Shown here: in pieces, positions 21,901 to 36,900 of the stretch
How the letters are laid out: each line of letters starts with the position of its first letter
Position numbering within the stretch: position 1 is the first letter of the stretch
Assembly: GCA_964035545.1 (NCBI GenBank)
Contig: OZ037771.1
Location: 8,611,408-8,675,407 of the forward strand
Reading direction: 5' to 3'
Length of the DNA: 64,000 bases
From: Bugula neritina
Taxonomy: Eukaryota > Animalia > Bryozoa
Notes under the pieces: model-generated
Databases searched by the model: none
The model's input: only the letters and a program-made list of their open reading frames with translations
Told to the model about the DNA's origin: nothing
Translations under genes and position numbers: made by a program

Positions 21901-24900
21901 ACGCCATCTGTGTAGAAAATAGCAGGCAAGGTAATGAGTCGCATCAAAAAAAGAGTAACATAGTATGCACACATATTCTAACACCTGTATATAGAAACTC
22001 CAGCTATAAACATAGAAGACAGGTCTAATCACTGTATGCAGAACGTGACCTTGACTTTGTAGCCTACATATGTGCGGATAAGCTACAATGGCTCCGTGAG
22101 AACAAAGAAAACACGGAGCTGAGTCTACCACTGCTCAAGGTTCAAGGCGACATGCAGAGCTGGCAGATTATAAAAAATAGAAAATTAAATAAATACTCTG
22201 GCTGGAATTATTTTCTCCGTGCAGTAGAAAGTATAACTGAGCTTCAGTCTATTTTCTCATTTTGGTTTTACTAGTCAAGAGATGTAAGATGACAGGGCAT
22301 TGCCACAGAGCAAGTATATGGCTACAGGTAATATCAAACCAACACCTACCAGCAAAGAAGTCTTGAGTCTTTTTCACTTTGCGAGATTTATTTGTGCCAT
22401 CAGCTTTAGTCTTCTTGGGTGCCGAGTTAGAAACAGCAGCACTGGCAGACTTCTCAGAAGTAGCCTGTCGGTACCTGCAAGCATAGTGACAACTCAACTT
22501 TCAATGACTCAGAGCAAGATATGACTCTGGACATGCCGACGGCTGGAAGCAGCAACAAATGGGAAGACAAATCTACTAACCATATAACATGCGTCTGGGA
22601 CCACACAGAGCTGCCCCCGAGGGCGTGGTCTGAGTCATCTATAGTAGCGTGATTCCTAATAGCCTGTAGAACTGTCTGGTTGTAGGAGAGCGGGCGGTCG
22701 CCTATTACCAACTCTATGGTGTGCTTTCCTAATCGCTGATCAACTAGCATTCCAGGCTAAACATACAGCAATATTAGCGTCAGAGAGGGCTTACAACACA
22801 AGTAATGCCAGTATAATACAAGTAATGTTTATAAACCTAGTCAGATATAACTTATTAGGAATATATTGCCATAGTAAATACTACACAATTTAGGATTCCT
22901 AATTACTAGTAAATTGACTAACATTATTACTAGAATCTGTACAAAAACACATATGTAGAGATCAAAGAATGCTCAACTATTAATCCAACAACACAATACA
23001 ACATTTCATAAAATATGATGGTATGACTCAGAGAGGTGATAGTATGACTCAGAGAGGTGAGATTATGACTCAGAGAGGTGATAGTATGACTCAGAGAGGT
23101 GAGAGTATGACTCAGAGAGGTGAGAGTATGACTCAGAGAAGTGATATTAAAGCATCACATTGACAAACAGTACCATAGAGTCATCCAGGTCATCTACGCT
23201 GTTCCCATCCTCATCATCAGATATGATTTCGATATCAGCAGACACTGCAGCACCTTCAGGCTTGCAGTAGCCATGACGAATTAGAAAATTTTCTATAGCA
23301 TGTACAGGAGCTAGAGGGTCTACCTGAAAATACGTATGGAGACCATTAGCACATAAATATATTAGTGTAAATTAAAATATGTGTAATAATTAGCCATGGG
23401 AAGACCCTAATACTGTGATGAGCTTGCACCAGATAAGGATTACTATTATAACTCTTTGTTATGTTATGTTTACTTCATATACCAAAAGCTAAAAAGACTT
23501 TTGTAAATTTGAATTACCTCCATGCACAAAACAACACTATCGCACATGACAGGATAGAAACTAGTGTAGTTGAATCTAGAGCTGCCACACCAACATAACT
23601 TTGAGCACCTGTTGTCACAAGACACCCACTGTCACAGGACACCCACTACCCGGCTATAATGCTGCTACACTCTTACTTTAACAGGGCCTCCACTGTAAGC
23701 CCGGAATGTTTTGCACTCTGGGTGTCTTTGCAGCTGACATTTGAGCTGGTGTGAGCTGAGAAACTTCATTGCATTGCTATTAGCACTGCCACCGCCACTG
23801 GCCAGGCCAAGGTCATGAACTTTAACCTGGAACTGATGACCCAAACCAACAAATAAAATATAGTTTGGTAACATATAGGATCAGCTTCAATTATACTTTT
23901 ATGGTTTGAAAATCATATTTTAGGTGCAGTTTTCAGGAATGAATACTAATTTCATTATTTACACATCAAAATATCATTTTTCTAATAAATATACATTTCA
24001 AATATTAAACAGTCTGTATGCAATGCATCTCCTAAAATGAGAAAGACATTGGGATTGAATGAATCAATTGCTGGCATTCCAATAATCAAGAAATAGCAAA
24101 GGTGAGTACTAAACATATAGCTCTAATGACGGACAGAGTTTACAAGAGACTCCAACCAGACTCTGTGGTGGTTACCTGCTCTTGCTGGTGGAGACATGCC
24201 ATTGTTTTAGAAACTAGTTGAGCAAATCTGTGTTCGTTTGATACAGCAACTTGACTGTACACCGTGGATGGAGAAATAGGGCAGCCAATAAATACATTCA
24301 TAAAAATAGCCAGTCTTTTTTCCAGTGGTAATGACTACAATTTGAGCAAAAGGTGAATCCATAAGTTTAAACAAGTGTTTCAACTGAGTTTTCACAATAG
24401 AAATAATTTGATCAATTGTTACAATTAAATGATACATGGCGAATGGCAGATTGAATAGTCAAATATTAAGAACTCATTAGGCCAAGTCAAGTGCTCAAGT
24501 CTCACCAAATCATTTAGGGTAGCAGAGGTACTAGGAACTTGAGAAGATGCAGTTAAGTACGTAGTTAAAGTATCAATGACTCCGCTGTGGATCATTTCAA
24601 AGGGAGAAACGTCATCATCAGCTACGGTACAAGCAACCATTTCAAGAGCTTCCCTGTAGCGAATCAATACGTTTCTTTCAAATATGCATTAAAATAGCAT
24701 TTGATTATTGGCTAGAATTTAAAATAATTTTTAGACAAAAATCAGTGCCAATCAAAACAAGCCTTTTACATTAACCTTGTTAGCTGCTTCAAATCATGAT
24801 ATGCAGAAAAAAATATTCAACTGAGTACAGTACAGGTGCAGCTGAGCTCAACAATTCTGAGGTTAGAAATATGAGTTCAGTGGAAATAGATTATAAGCAG

Positions 24901-27900
24901 CACCGAGTTGGGGTGGCTGAGTGTAGCGCTTAAACAGAAATGTTGTCTGAACTCCTCGACCACCAAACCGATGCTGGTTCAAGGATTTCCGAGTTTGATT
25001 CTCGAGTACAGCACATGACCTCGACTCGACCTGGACATACCTGTCTTCCTCAACAGAGCGTTTGGTATCTTTTCCAGTCAACAGATTAGCTGCCTTGCTT
25101 AGAGTCAGCAACACCCCTTCAGCTTTCACAGCAGTTGGATTGAGTTTTGAGAAGTGTTCGTTCATAAATTCCTTGGCTGATGCAAATGAGAATACAACTC
25201 ATGCACTAAGAAAGCTCTCGAATGCCAAACAGGCGTTACTTTTAAATCTACACAATTTTGATTAACTAAGTAAACCTTAAAATGTTAATTAGTGTTTAAA
25301 TGTAGTCTTTGTGCAACTAAGAAATAATCAATAATTCGCAATGCATGTAGTAAGTGTGTACATTGTAATGAGCTAGGATAATATGTGGCAACTGTACCAT
25401 GTGTAGTAATCCATGACTTGACTTTCTCTCTATAGTTAGCAAGGAGAGTAGCTGTGCTAACACTGCGACTATCCGAAAGGGGTGGCTTGTCAGAGGGGGT
25501 GTTCTTACCCCACCTAGTTGGATTGAAAGTAGCTAGGAATGAGGCTTTACTCAGCTTTGTGAGGTTGCTGGTTGATGCTGCTCCAGAGCTGCTGCTTGAA
25601 GTTAAACTTTCACCTTTTTCTAAACAGAATATGTATTGATATTCAAAGAAGGGTGCTATTTGCATACACACAAACCAAACCAGGCACATAGCAGTGAATA
25701 TTCATATTTGCAACAACTGCTTAGTGCAGATGATATTAATTCCCTGCAAGCTGAAGAAGATCAGAGCATTAAGCAGTGATCTACTGCCAGCAGTCTTAAA
25801 ACTAGAAAGGAGCCAATATGTCACCAATTTATAAAATACTCAATAAAAACAACTTATTACTTTGCAATGTAACAATATAACATATTCTCATTAATTATAA
25901 TAGGGAGCAGCTGTGGTCTAGGGATTAGATTTTTTGCCTAGTAAGCTCGAACCCCAACAAAGGCCATTGGTGATGTTAGGAAGAGCATCCAGTCATAATT
26001 GCTCCTGTGCCCCATCTGAATAAGTCCTTAGCCCAATTTAACATAAAACCCTTCCATCAGAGGTTTTCTCACAAGGATGGCGACTATAAACTTGCTCGAA
26101 TTTTTTATAATCTAATACAAAATATAACATGACATGATAAAATTAAATTACATAAAATACTAGCATAACTCAGTACAATAGTACAATATGATAAAATACA
26201 CACTAGAGCCAAGTTTTCCTTTAGTCACTTGAGGGAGGGACGTGGATGAGTCCCCACTCTGATTCTCACTTAGACTTGATTTGCTTTTGCTGTGACGAGT
26301 GGCGATTCGCTTACTTGTTTTCTTGGACTTGGTGATTGCACCAGCCTCAGACTTAGAAGTGCTCATAGTAGGCGCCCTGTCAGGTAGCAAATATTCAACT
26401 TGATCGCACCGTATATTATATTATAGCTCAATATAATTACTAAACAGAGCCAGAATCCAGGTGAAACAATCAAATTCCATGCAAATGTTAAAGCTGTTAC
26501 CTCGCATATACTGAAACTCAACATGCGCGAGTGAAAATTCATAGGTATGACTATTTGTAAAAAAAACCCATATTTGCCATCTTTTCATGCAGATAAAGAT
26601 TCCATTTGTTGGGATAGTTACATGATTTAAATGGTGCAAAGAAAACATACCCAGCAGGGAGAGGATTAGAAGCACCACTGGCAGATGGAGTACCAGATGT
26701 AGTGGCAGCAGATGAAATAGCAGATGAGATAACAGATGAAATGACCGAGGTGACAGTTCTAGAAGAGGCAGCATCTGTTGGCCGGATTGCACCAGATGTT
26801 TGGTCAGTAGGAGCTGCAGTTGGCTAAAAGCAACATCACAATACACTACAACACACCATTTGCCATCCCTGGTGGAAGGTGCAGGTCTCGGACTATTAAG
26901 GAAGTACTGTTACAGATATTTATATAACACACAATCACCTGGCTAGTGTTGGAAGTTGCAGCTCCTTCACAATGAGACGCGACAACGCCGCTACTAGACA
27001 AATGTCTGATTTGGTGAGTAACGCCTTGGCGCTGAAAATACTGAGTAAATGTTTCTGGTAGTCTCCTCATTAGTATGTCTGCCATCTGAAGGGCACCGAC
27101 AACCACCTTATGATCTTGAGATGCCAGCATTGAAGCTATATGACTGTAACAAAGATATCAGGATGCTATATTGAAATTATATGTCTATTTCGACAAAGCT
27201 CTATTTAAACCAAAATAAGAAAACTAAAATGACTCTCATGTTTAGAAGAAACAGAATCTAATAAAAAAGATAGAATGGGTGTGGGGTGTAGGGTGACTGA
27301 CCTAGAAACCGGTTGGTTAACAAGCACTTCCTGCAGAAGTTCGGGAGAAGCGTAGTATATCTGCCTAAGTAGAGTCTGCAAGCACTTGTGTCTGATGGCG
27401 GGACCCGCAGATGAGCTGTACACCTCATACAAGATTCCAAAGAGTGATCTGTAGAGAGAAAGCAGGTGTGAGAATATCTGCTTCATGTTTCATGTTTACT
27501 GTGTACTTACCTACATTAATACAAGGAATGGTTATTCCAACTGCCACTCTACACCTTAATCCCCTCCTACAGCACTACCTCGGTATTGTTTTGTCTTTTC
27601 CTCCGTTTAGTTATTATGTAAACCATTTTTTAATTTATATTCGGTAAGGAAGTTTTTCCTTACACCTCGAAACTGCTTGACAAACAAAGTTGGTGAAGTT
27701 TACAATGAAATCAATAAAACTATTTTTACTAACTGATGGCTGCAAGTGAATTTACACAACTAAACTTATACTAAACTAAAGGATAGCAAATAGCCCCTCG
27801 ACAGTCCACATGCGAGAGTCACTGCACGTAGAAACTCACTTGATGAAGCTGCTAGCCAACTCGGGTTGTTCGGCGAGCACTTCGGCTCTGGCATCTGGTT

Positions 27901-30900
27901 TAACGAGATCTGAGGAGTCGGCAGAAGCAGCGGCTGCCGTGGCGAGATTAGAGTTGGTTGTCCTGAACACAGGTCTGGCCGTGCCCGTGTCTTCATTGAT
28001 CTGCTGCATCATAGTGAAGTCTATGGTGTACATTCTACCCATATCTGACAGACTGATAGTCACTTCTTCTTCGGAGGCACTGTACGCCGCCTGTCACATG
28101 GTATTACACTGTGTCACATGGTATTACACTGTGTCACATGGTATTACACTGTGTCACATAATATTACACTTCTATACTACAAACAGTAATTAGTAATTCA
28201 CGTCAGCTGCTGTACCTCAATTATCCGGCTGTCCATTGCACCGTATGATTTCCAACAGCCCTTGTCATCCTTCCACTGCCAGGTGACTTCCTCTTCGTGC
28301 AGAGCTACAGAAGGATGCTTCTTGAGCAGAGCGTCGACAGCAAATAGACCAGTGGAGGGCAGAGCTGGCAGCAGCTCTCTACACGACAACCAGTATAGTA
28401 TATAGAGTATATATTAGTATACAGTACAGTGTGGGATACATACAGTATAGTATATAGAGTATATATTAGTGTACAGTACAGTGTGGGATACATACAGTAT
28501 AGTATATAGAGTATATATTAGTATACAGTACAGTGTAGGATACATACAGTATAGTATATAGAGTATATATTAGTATATAGTACAGTGTGGGATACATACA
28601 GTATATTATATAGAGTATATATTAGTATATAGTGTGGGATACATACAGTATGGTATATAGAGTATATATTAGTATACAGTACAGTGTGGGATACATACAG
28701 TATAGTATATAGAGTATATATTAGTATACAGTGTGGGATACATACAGTATAGTATATAGAGTATATATTAGTATACAGCACAGTGTGGGATACATACAGT
28801 ATAGTATATAGAGTATATATTAGTATACAGTACAGTGTGGGATACATACAGTATAGTATATAGAGTATATATTAGTATACAGTACAGTGTGGGATACATA
28901 CAGCATAGTATATAGAGTATATATTAGTATACAGTACAGTGTGGGATACATACAGTAGAGTATATAGAGTATATATTAGTATACAGTACAGTGTGGGATA
29001 CATACAGTATAGTATATAGAGTATATATTAGTATATAGTACAGTGTGGGATACATACAGTATAGTATATAGAGTATATATTAGTATATAGTACAGTGTGG
29101 GATACATACAGTATAGTATATAGAGTATATATTAGTGTACAGTACAGTGTGGGATGCATACAGTATAGTATATAGAGTATATATTAGTATACAGTACAGT
29201 GTGCGATACACAGTATGGTACAGTGTACTGTGAAACACCTACAGTACGATATATAATAAGTTTCCTCACCCTATTAGCGACACGATTTCAAACAACTCCT
29301 GGGGTGTTCTGTTCACTAACTACAAAACAGTAAATCAGACAAATTAATGGCCATTTGCCAGAAGCAAACTCTCACAACTATAACTTTAATATGCTACATT
29401 CAAGCAGATAAACCAAGCAGAGTGGCTGTGAAGGAGAGTTACTAGTATGCAGACGCACCTCAATGTGTGCACTGGCTCCCTGTTCACCACACAGAAGATA
29501 CACCAGAGTGTTGGACACATCTTGTCTGAGGAGACACACAGCCAGGTCTGGACAGTTGGCACACATCACTGCAAACATCCTGATCACCATAGTGAAGATT
29601 GAACTTGATATCACCGAGGGCACAACTTCCAACTACAAACAAGTAATGCACACCCATGACTTCAGTAGCTTTACAATCACTGTTTATAATAGACTTTTAG
29701 AACTAGCAAACTGGTATAGTTAAACAAGATCATAAAAGTTGATTTCTCATACATCCCTGTAAAGCATTTATAACTAGTTGATATTTTGTGGGTAGAGCAC
29801 ATATATCTATATAAAATGATGCAGATATTTCCACCTCAATAATATACAGAGGTGACACGCTTTCCACTCACCAGTTTGAGGGTGTTGGCTAGCATTTCAT
29901 GGGCAGCCAACTCCTTCAGCAGTTTCTCATCACCCTTCAGGTTGTCCACAAGCCTTGCAAAACATGTGCACACACTCTCAACGCACCTCTTGTCCTAAAT
30001 CATACAGCAAAATACTGTCTGGTATAGAAAGAAGGATTGCTTACCAAAGCATGACAGGTGTTGAAGAGTATCATACATGTCACCAGAATTGTCAAATAAG
30101 TCAACTTTAAGATTTGCTGATGGAAAATTAATGCAACTATATTATGACTACTAATATACAAGACTAAGGTTAAAGGTCGAAAGTTAAAGAAGGTTGAGAA
30201 AGTTGGCTAGTGGAGACTAGACTTACAGGAGTAAGTAGTTTACTGCTCAGGAGGGGAAGGGAGTCTTTACAGTAATGAAACTCCTCAGGCGTGACGCTGC
30301 TACAACAGTTGGCAGCAACGGCAAGGGCGTATCTCTGAGCGTCAATGGAAAAGAAATCTATGTACATGAGGCAAGCACTTATGGCACCCTGTAAACAGAT
30401 TGAATGAGAGTTTATTCACACAATAACTCCTTATATGGCCTCAGCAGGATGATTAACATTAGAGCTGCTTGCAGTTACAGTTTACATAACTGAGTTGAGA
30501 CTACAGCAACATCTCAACTGGACAAGCGTCTTCATAACAATAAAATATACCTTACAGAATGCTAGCAACTCTGTAATAAATCTTTCAGCATAACAAATCC
30601 TGACATTGCTACAACATCTAACATAATATATATCCACAAATTTACATCCAATGTTAATAATATCTACATGTACATTCAAAATAACTTCATATAAGTAGAA
30701 GTTCTGTCACGCATACCGACTGCAGCAAGTGTTTGTTGTGTCGTTTAGAGAGCCTGTCTAGAGCACTCAGACTCTGCTCTGCCACATCCATACACTGAAT
30801 GCACTTGAGTTTATCAAGCAGCGCAGGAGTTGCCTCCACCACGACAATAGAGCTGCGAGGTAACGCCTCCAGCATGTAGTACAGAGCTCTGCATGCATAC

Positions 30901-33900
30901 ATCATGATATCAAAGTTGTGTTCCAGGTGGAGGAGAGCAACTAGCTCCGGCACAACCTGCTTGCTAGGAAAACCAGCCAGATTCTCTTCATTTCCCATCA
31001 CCAGAATCTACATAACATCCAGAGGTAAGTGGAGATGGAAACTAAAGAAATAGTGAAATATTTAGCCAATAAGAAAGTCTGTAACAACCTGCAATATGAA
31101 ATGAGCTTAGATACCAACACATTTACAGTGCTCAACATCAAGGCGCATATTGTATGTATTGAACGAATTGAATAAAGTTCTTCTTCACATATTTTCTGTT
31201 TTTGAAATTCAAAAGCCACTAGATGCTACAATATCTTTCATTATAAGATATGAAAGTTGAGGCGTAGTCCAACCTGGCACATCTCCATAACAGAAGAGAG
31301 CTGTTGGCCCTCGTCATCCTTAGTCTGCATGCCTTTTATTAATGATGTGACTTTATTCATGGCAGAGCTGCACATGGACCTCTGTATAATGTTCCTCATG
31401 TTACTCTCCAGCGACCCAAACATGTGAGGTGGGACTCCCCGAGCTTCCAACATGGCTGTAATACAGAGAGAGATATAACATGGCTGTAATACAGAGAGAG
31501 ATATAACATGACTGTAATACAGAGAGAGATATAACATGACTGTAATACAGAGAGATATATAACATGGCTGTAATACAGAGAGAGATATAACATGGCTGCA
31601 ATACAGAGAGATATAACATGGCTGTAATACAGAGAGAGAGATATAACATGGCTGCAATACAGAGAGATATAACATGGCTGTAATACAGAGAGATATAACA
31701 TGACTGTAATACAGAGAGATATATAACATGGCTGTAATACAGAGAGATATAACATGGCTGTAATACAGAGAGAGATATAACATGACTGTAATACAGAGAG
31801 AGATATAACATGGCTGTAATACAGAGAGATATAACATGGCTGTAATACAGAGAGATATAACATGGCTGTAATACAGAGAGAGATATAACATGGCTGTAAT
31901 ACAGAGAGAGATATAACATGGCTGTAATACAGAGAGAGATATAACATGGCTGTAATACAGAGAGATATAATATGGCTGTAATACAGAGAGAGATATAACA
32001 TGGCTGTAATACAGAGAGAGATATAACATGGCTGTAATACAGAGAGAGATATAACATGACTGTAATACAGAGAGAAATATAACATGGCTGTAATACAGAG
32101 AGAGATATAACATGACTGTAATACAGAGAGAGATATAACATGACTGTAATACAGGGAGAGATATAACATGGCTGTAATACAGAGAGATATATAACATGAC
32201 TGTAATACAGAGAGAGATATAACATGACTGTAATACAGGGAGAGAGATATAACATGACTGCAATACAGGGAGAGATATAATATGGCTGTAATACAGAGAG
32301 AGAGATATAACATGACTGCAATACAGGGAGAGATATAATATGGCTGTAATACAGAGAGAGATATAACATGGCTGTAATACAGAGAGAGATATAACATGAC
32401 TGTAATACAGAGAGAGATATAACATGGCTGTAATACAGAGAGAGATATAACATGACTGTAATACAGAGAGAGATATAACATGACTGTAATACAGGGAGAG
32501 ATATAACATGGCTGTAATACAGAGAGAGATATAACATGACTGTAATACAGAGAGAGATATAACATGACTGTAATACAGGGAGAGATATAACATGGCTGTA
32601 ATACAGAGAGATATATAACATGACTGTAATACAGAGAGAGATATAACATGACTGTAATACAGGGAGAGAGATATAACATGACTGCAATACAGGGAGAGAT
32701 ATAATATGGCTGTAATACAGAGAGAGATATAACATGGCTGTAATACAGAGAGAGATATAACATGACTGTAATACAGAGAGAGATATAACATGGCTGTAAT
32801 ACAGAGAGAGATATAACATGGCTGTAATACAGAGAGATATAATATGGCTGTAACACAGGGAGAGATATAACATGGCTGTAATACAGAGAGAGATATAACA
32901 TGGCTGTAATACAGAGAGAGATATAACATGGCTGTAATACAGAGAGATATAACATGACTGCAATACAGAGAGATATAACATGGCTGTAATACAGAGAGAT
33001 ATAACATGGCTGTAATACAGAGAGAGATATAACATGACTGTAATACAGAGAGAGAGATAACATGACTGTAATACAGAGAGATATAACATGGCTGTAATAC
33101 AGAGAGAGATATAACATGACTGTAATACAGAGAGAGATATAACATGACTGTAATACAGAGAGATATATAACATGGCTGTAATACAGAGAGAGATATAACA
33201 TGGCTGTAATACAGAGAGAGATATAACATGGCTGTAATACAGAGAGAGATATAACATGACTGTAATACAGAGAGATATAACATGGCTGTAATACAGAGAG
33301 ATATAACATGACTGTAATACAGAGAGATATAACATGGCTGTAATACAGAGAGAGATATAACATGGCTGTAATACAGAGAGAGATATAACATGGCTGTAAT
33401 ACAGAGAGATATATAACATGGCTGTAATACAGAGAGATATAACATGGCTGTAATACAGAGAGAGATATAACATGACTGTAATACAGAGAGATATAACATG
33501 ACTGTAATACAGAGAGATATAACATGGCTGTAATACAGGGAGAGAGATATAACATGGCTGTAATACAGAGAGATATAACATGGCTGTAATACAGAGAGAG
33601 ATATAACATGACTGCAATACAGAGAGATATAACATGACTGTAATACAGGGAGAGAGATATAACATGGCTGTAATACAGAGAGATATAACATGGCTGTAAT
33701 ACAGAGAGAGATATAACATAACTGTAATACAGAGAGAGATATAACATGGCTGTAATACAGAGAGATATAACATAGCTGTAATACAGAGAGAGATATAACA
33801 TGGCTGTAATACAGAGAGAGGAGGAGAGATGGGGAGAGAGATGAGTAATAGGTACACACCTTGCAGTCTAGCCATATCCACATCGTGACCTGCAGAACCT

Positions 33901-36900
33901 CCAGTGGCACCTTCAGCACCAGAGCTGGAGCCTGAAAACAATGGAACTGATGAAATAACCAGAATAATGTTCATGCAATGTGTGAAAAGCTACTGCAAGC
34001 ACAAGGAAGGTAAGGTCTCTATTAGTAGCTGATAACTTCAGTATCACAGCTGGTCATAGTAGTCAAGGAATACATTTAGATTGTTTTTCTATCAACACAT
34101 TGCCCAAATACACTAAGACACTGTGAATAGGGGGATGGGGGTACAGATTGATGAGTGTTGACTCACCTCGCAGCACTTCCCCCAACAGCCCACCATGCAG
34201 CTGGTGCAACACATGTGGTAAATCGTCATTTCCTTCAGCGGAATTTCCTGCGCCAGTGTTTCCATTGTTACTGGATGAAGACATTTCTGCCAAGTTCGTC
34301 TCACCCCCACCACTAGCTCCGGGTGTACTGGCTTCTCCTTTCTCCTTGGTCTCACTTCCAGTACCGGCAGCAGATGCAGAGGGCCCTGGTGCCCCTGCAC
34401 CACCTACTGCCGATGCTGCTGACGTACCAGCTGCTAGATCTCTATTGGCCAACCTTCTCCTACACAGACATACCATTAGTGTCTCACAATTGAACAGCCT
34501 GGTGTTTAGGATACTAACAATTGATGAGACTGACCAACTGTGTTGGGTGCTGCTGTGTATATGCACCAGCAAGAGCAGGTCACCTGATGTAGCATGTCAT
34601 GGAGAAGTACCATAACAGTTCACTCTGGTATGAGCCGCATTTCACAGAGACTCAGATGAACTATTAAATTAATTGAATAAACCACATAATTACACCATAC
34701 TATATACTACACTAGAGTCTAGACACTGCAAACACAAATTTTGCCTCCCCTGGTCACTATTTTTTCAAACAAAAACAAGCATGGTACTGATAACTCTCGC
34801 AAGGTACTAGTTAGTAAAACCTATCTTTACTATCAGCTAATTATGTTGGCAGTGTTTCCTAAATCATGCCTGATTGCCCAAACTCTAAATCAGGCAAATC
34901 AAAGGCACAGTTCAGTATTAGCCCCAATAAAGTATTGTTGAAGAGTGTATGTTGGAGAAATATGTTATGAGATACTAAAGACAAAGGCTACTCAAACAAC
35001 CAAATTAAACATGCTCAACACCTCAGCATGAACTCCATATTTAGGTAAATTCATCCTTAGAAATTTATCTGAGATCTCTGCAAAAGCAGTACAAAGTGAC
35101 AAGAGCTAACCTAGTAGCAGCGCTGCTTCGCTGACTAAGACGTGGTAATGCTGCAGCACTTTCGCCTCTTTCACCATGGGCAGAGTCTACACCGCCTGGC
35201 GTCCTCTTCACTTTACTGTTTGTGTCCCCCGTGGTGGCGACTTTAGTAGCTCTCCGTACACCTGAGCAGCATAAGATAGAGACATCAGGCTACTCAGTTC
35301 ACACTAAAAGAGCTTTCAAACAGCTGCCTTACTTTTTCACTTTCTACTAATGAACATATTCTAGAACTCTAGTGTCACCTTAGAGTTGAAGGCTGCAGGC
35401 ATTTGACTAGTCATCCTTGCACTATTACCATTCTATGGCTTCACTTACCCATGTAATGAGATTATACATTACTTAAGCTAGTAGCACTCAACAGTTTATT
35501 TGTATTACAATGATAATTTGAAGAGATTTTAGCATTGATCTCCCTCCATGATGACATAATACAACAATGTAGCTTAGAGGAAGTGGCTAACATTGTATGA
35601 GTCCCATTCTGCCTTACAGTACAGCAAAGGAAGGTACAAAAGGAGAATAACAAACATTGTTGAATGAAATTCTAGTATAATGAGAAAAGAGAAATATAAT
35701 AGAAATACTGAAGAGAAGTATACTTTACCAGCAAGTTTTGGATGTGAATGGGAAGGGCCACCTGTGCCTGTGGTCCTAGCTTTACGCTCTTTTCCTTTTG
35801 ATTTATCAGTGGCTATAATAATACATTTACTGCTGTACTGTCCAACATGTGTTGAAAATAATAAATGATGAGAGAAAATTCAAAATTTGTCAGCATTGCC
35901 AAGAAAACAGATATGATATAGACAGTGTATACAGTGTCTACTGATTCAGTGTCTACAGGTACATTGTCTACGGATACAGTGTCTACAGGTACAGTGTCTA
36001 CAGGTACATTGTCTACAGGTACAGTGTCTACGGATACAGTGTCTACAGGTACAGGGTCAACATTTAACAAACCTGAGTGAGTGATTATACTGGATCTGGA
36101 GCTCTCACCAGATGATGATGTAGCAAGGCTAAAATAAAACAAATTAAAGACTTCAAACTAGTTGCAAGGAGCACTTGACATAAGTTGCTACATTTGCCTG
36201 TTGGATGTCAAATGGACAAAAGCTTAAAAGTTAAGTAACATACTGGTACATTCAACACTTGAAGCTTGCCAAATGGCACTTTATATAATTTGCCTTTACT
36301 TATAATTTATAGTAGAAGATGTTGATGAGAAGTTACAGCAGACTAATGCAGTGATTAACTATTCATGCTAGTGTGACAAACAGACAGACAGTAGAGTGCT
36401 GACACTCACCCAGCTGCTGACTTTGGAGCTGCTGCTGACTTTGGAGCTGCTGCTGCACGGCTCCTTGTGGAATGTCTTGATGCAGGTTCAGAACCAGACC
36501 CTGCGACAGTATGGTAGAAAGTACAGTTAACAAATCATAATAATTAGAGTTGACTGATTACACCAATCAGCATGTAGCACAAACATTACCATCTTTCTTC
36601 ACCCAGTTTGTTTTAGCCTTAAATGGTCAGTGTGCATACCTTGTAGTAGTTAGTCATAGATTAAAAATTCCCAACAAAATAACACACCTTTTAGTCAAAA
36701 CTAGAAACTGGAAATATAAAATACTGGTTAGATAACTTGAAGTTGTCAATAGTTATAGGAATTATAATCTAATTTGAAACTGTAATTGTTTTCATAGCCA
36801 TGATAATAATTATTTAGCACTATCACAGAGAAAGTACAGATGAAGGGCCACAAGATGTCAAAAGCCACAATATAAGCTGGACAGACTTTATCTAATGGTT

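Noticed and set aside
25680-25800. Two-hairpin structure with an ANANNA hinge resembling an H/ACA snoRNA
   Set aside because: There is no terminal ACA after the second hairpin on either strand, and the better H box is antisense to the host gene. An Infernal/Rfam search would settle it.
16190-33820. Tandem arrays as CRISPR
   Set aside because: There are no unique spacers and no cas genes, and the context is eukaryotic introns.
31241-33974. 800-890 aa ORFs as a novel repeat protein
   Set aside because: All three frames are open because the repeat lacks stops. The 2404-nt intron is not a multiple of 3 and the flanking exons join cleanly as RLQ-AMLEARG.
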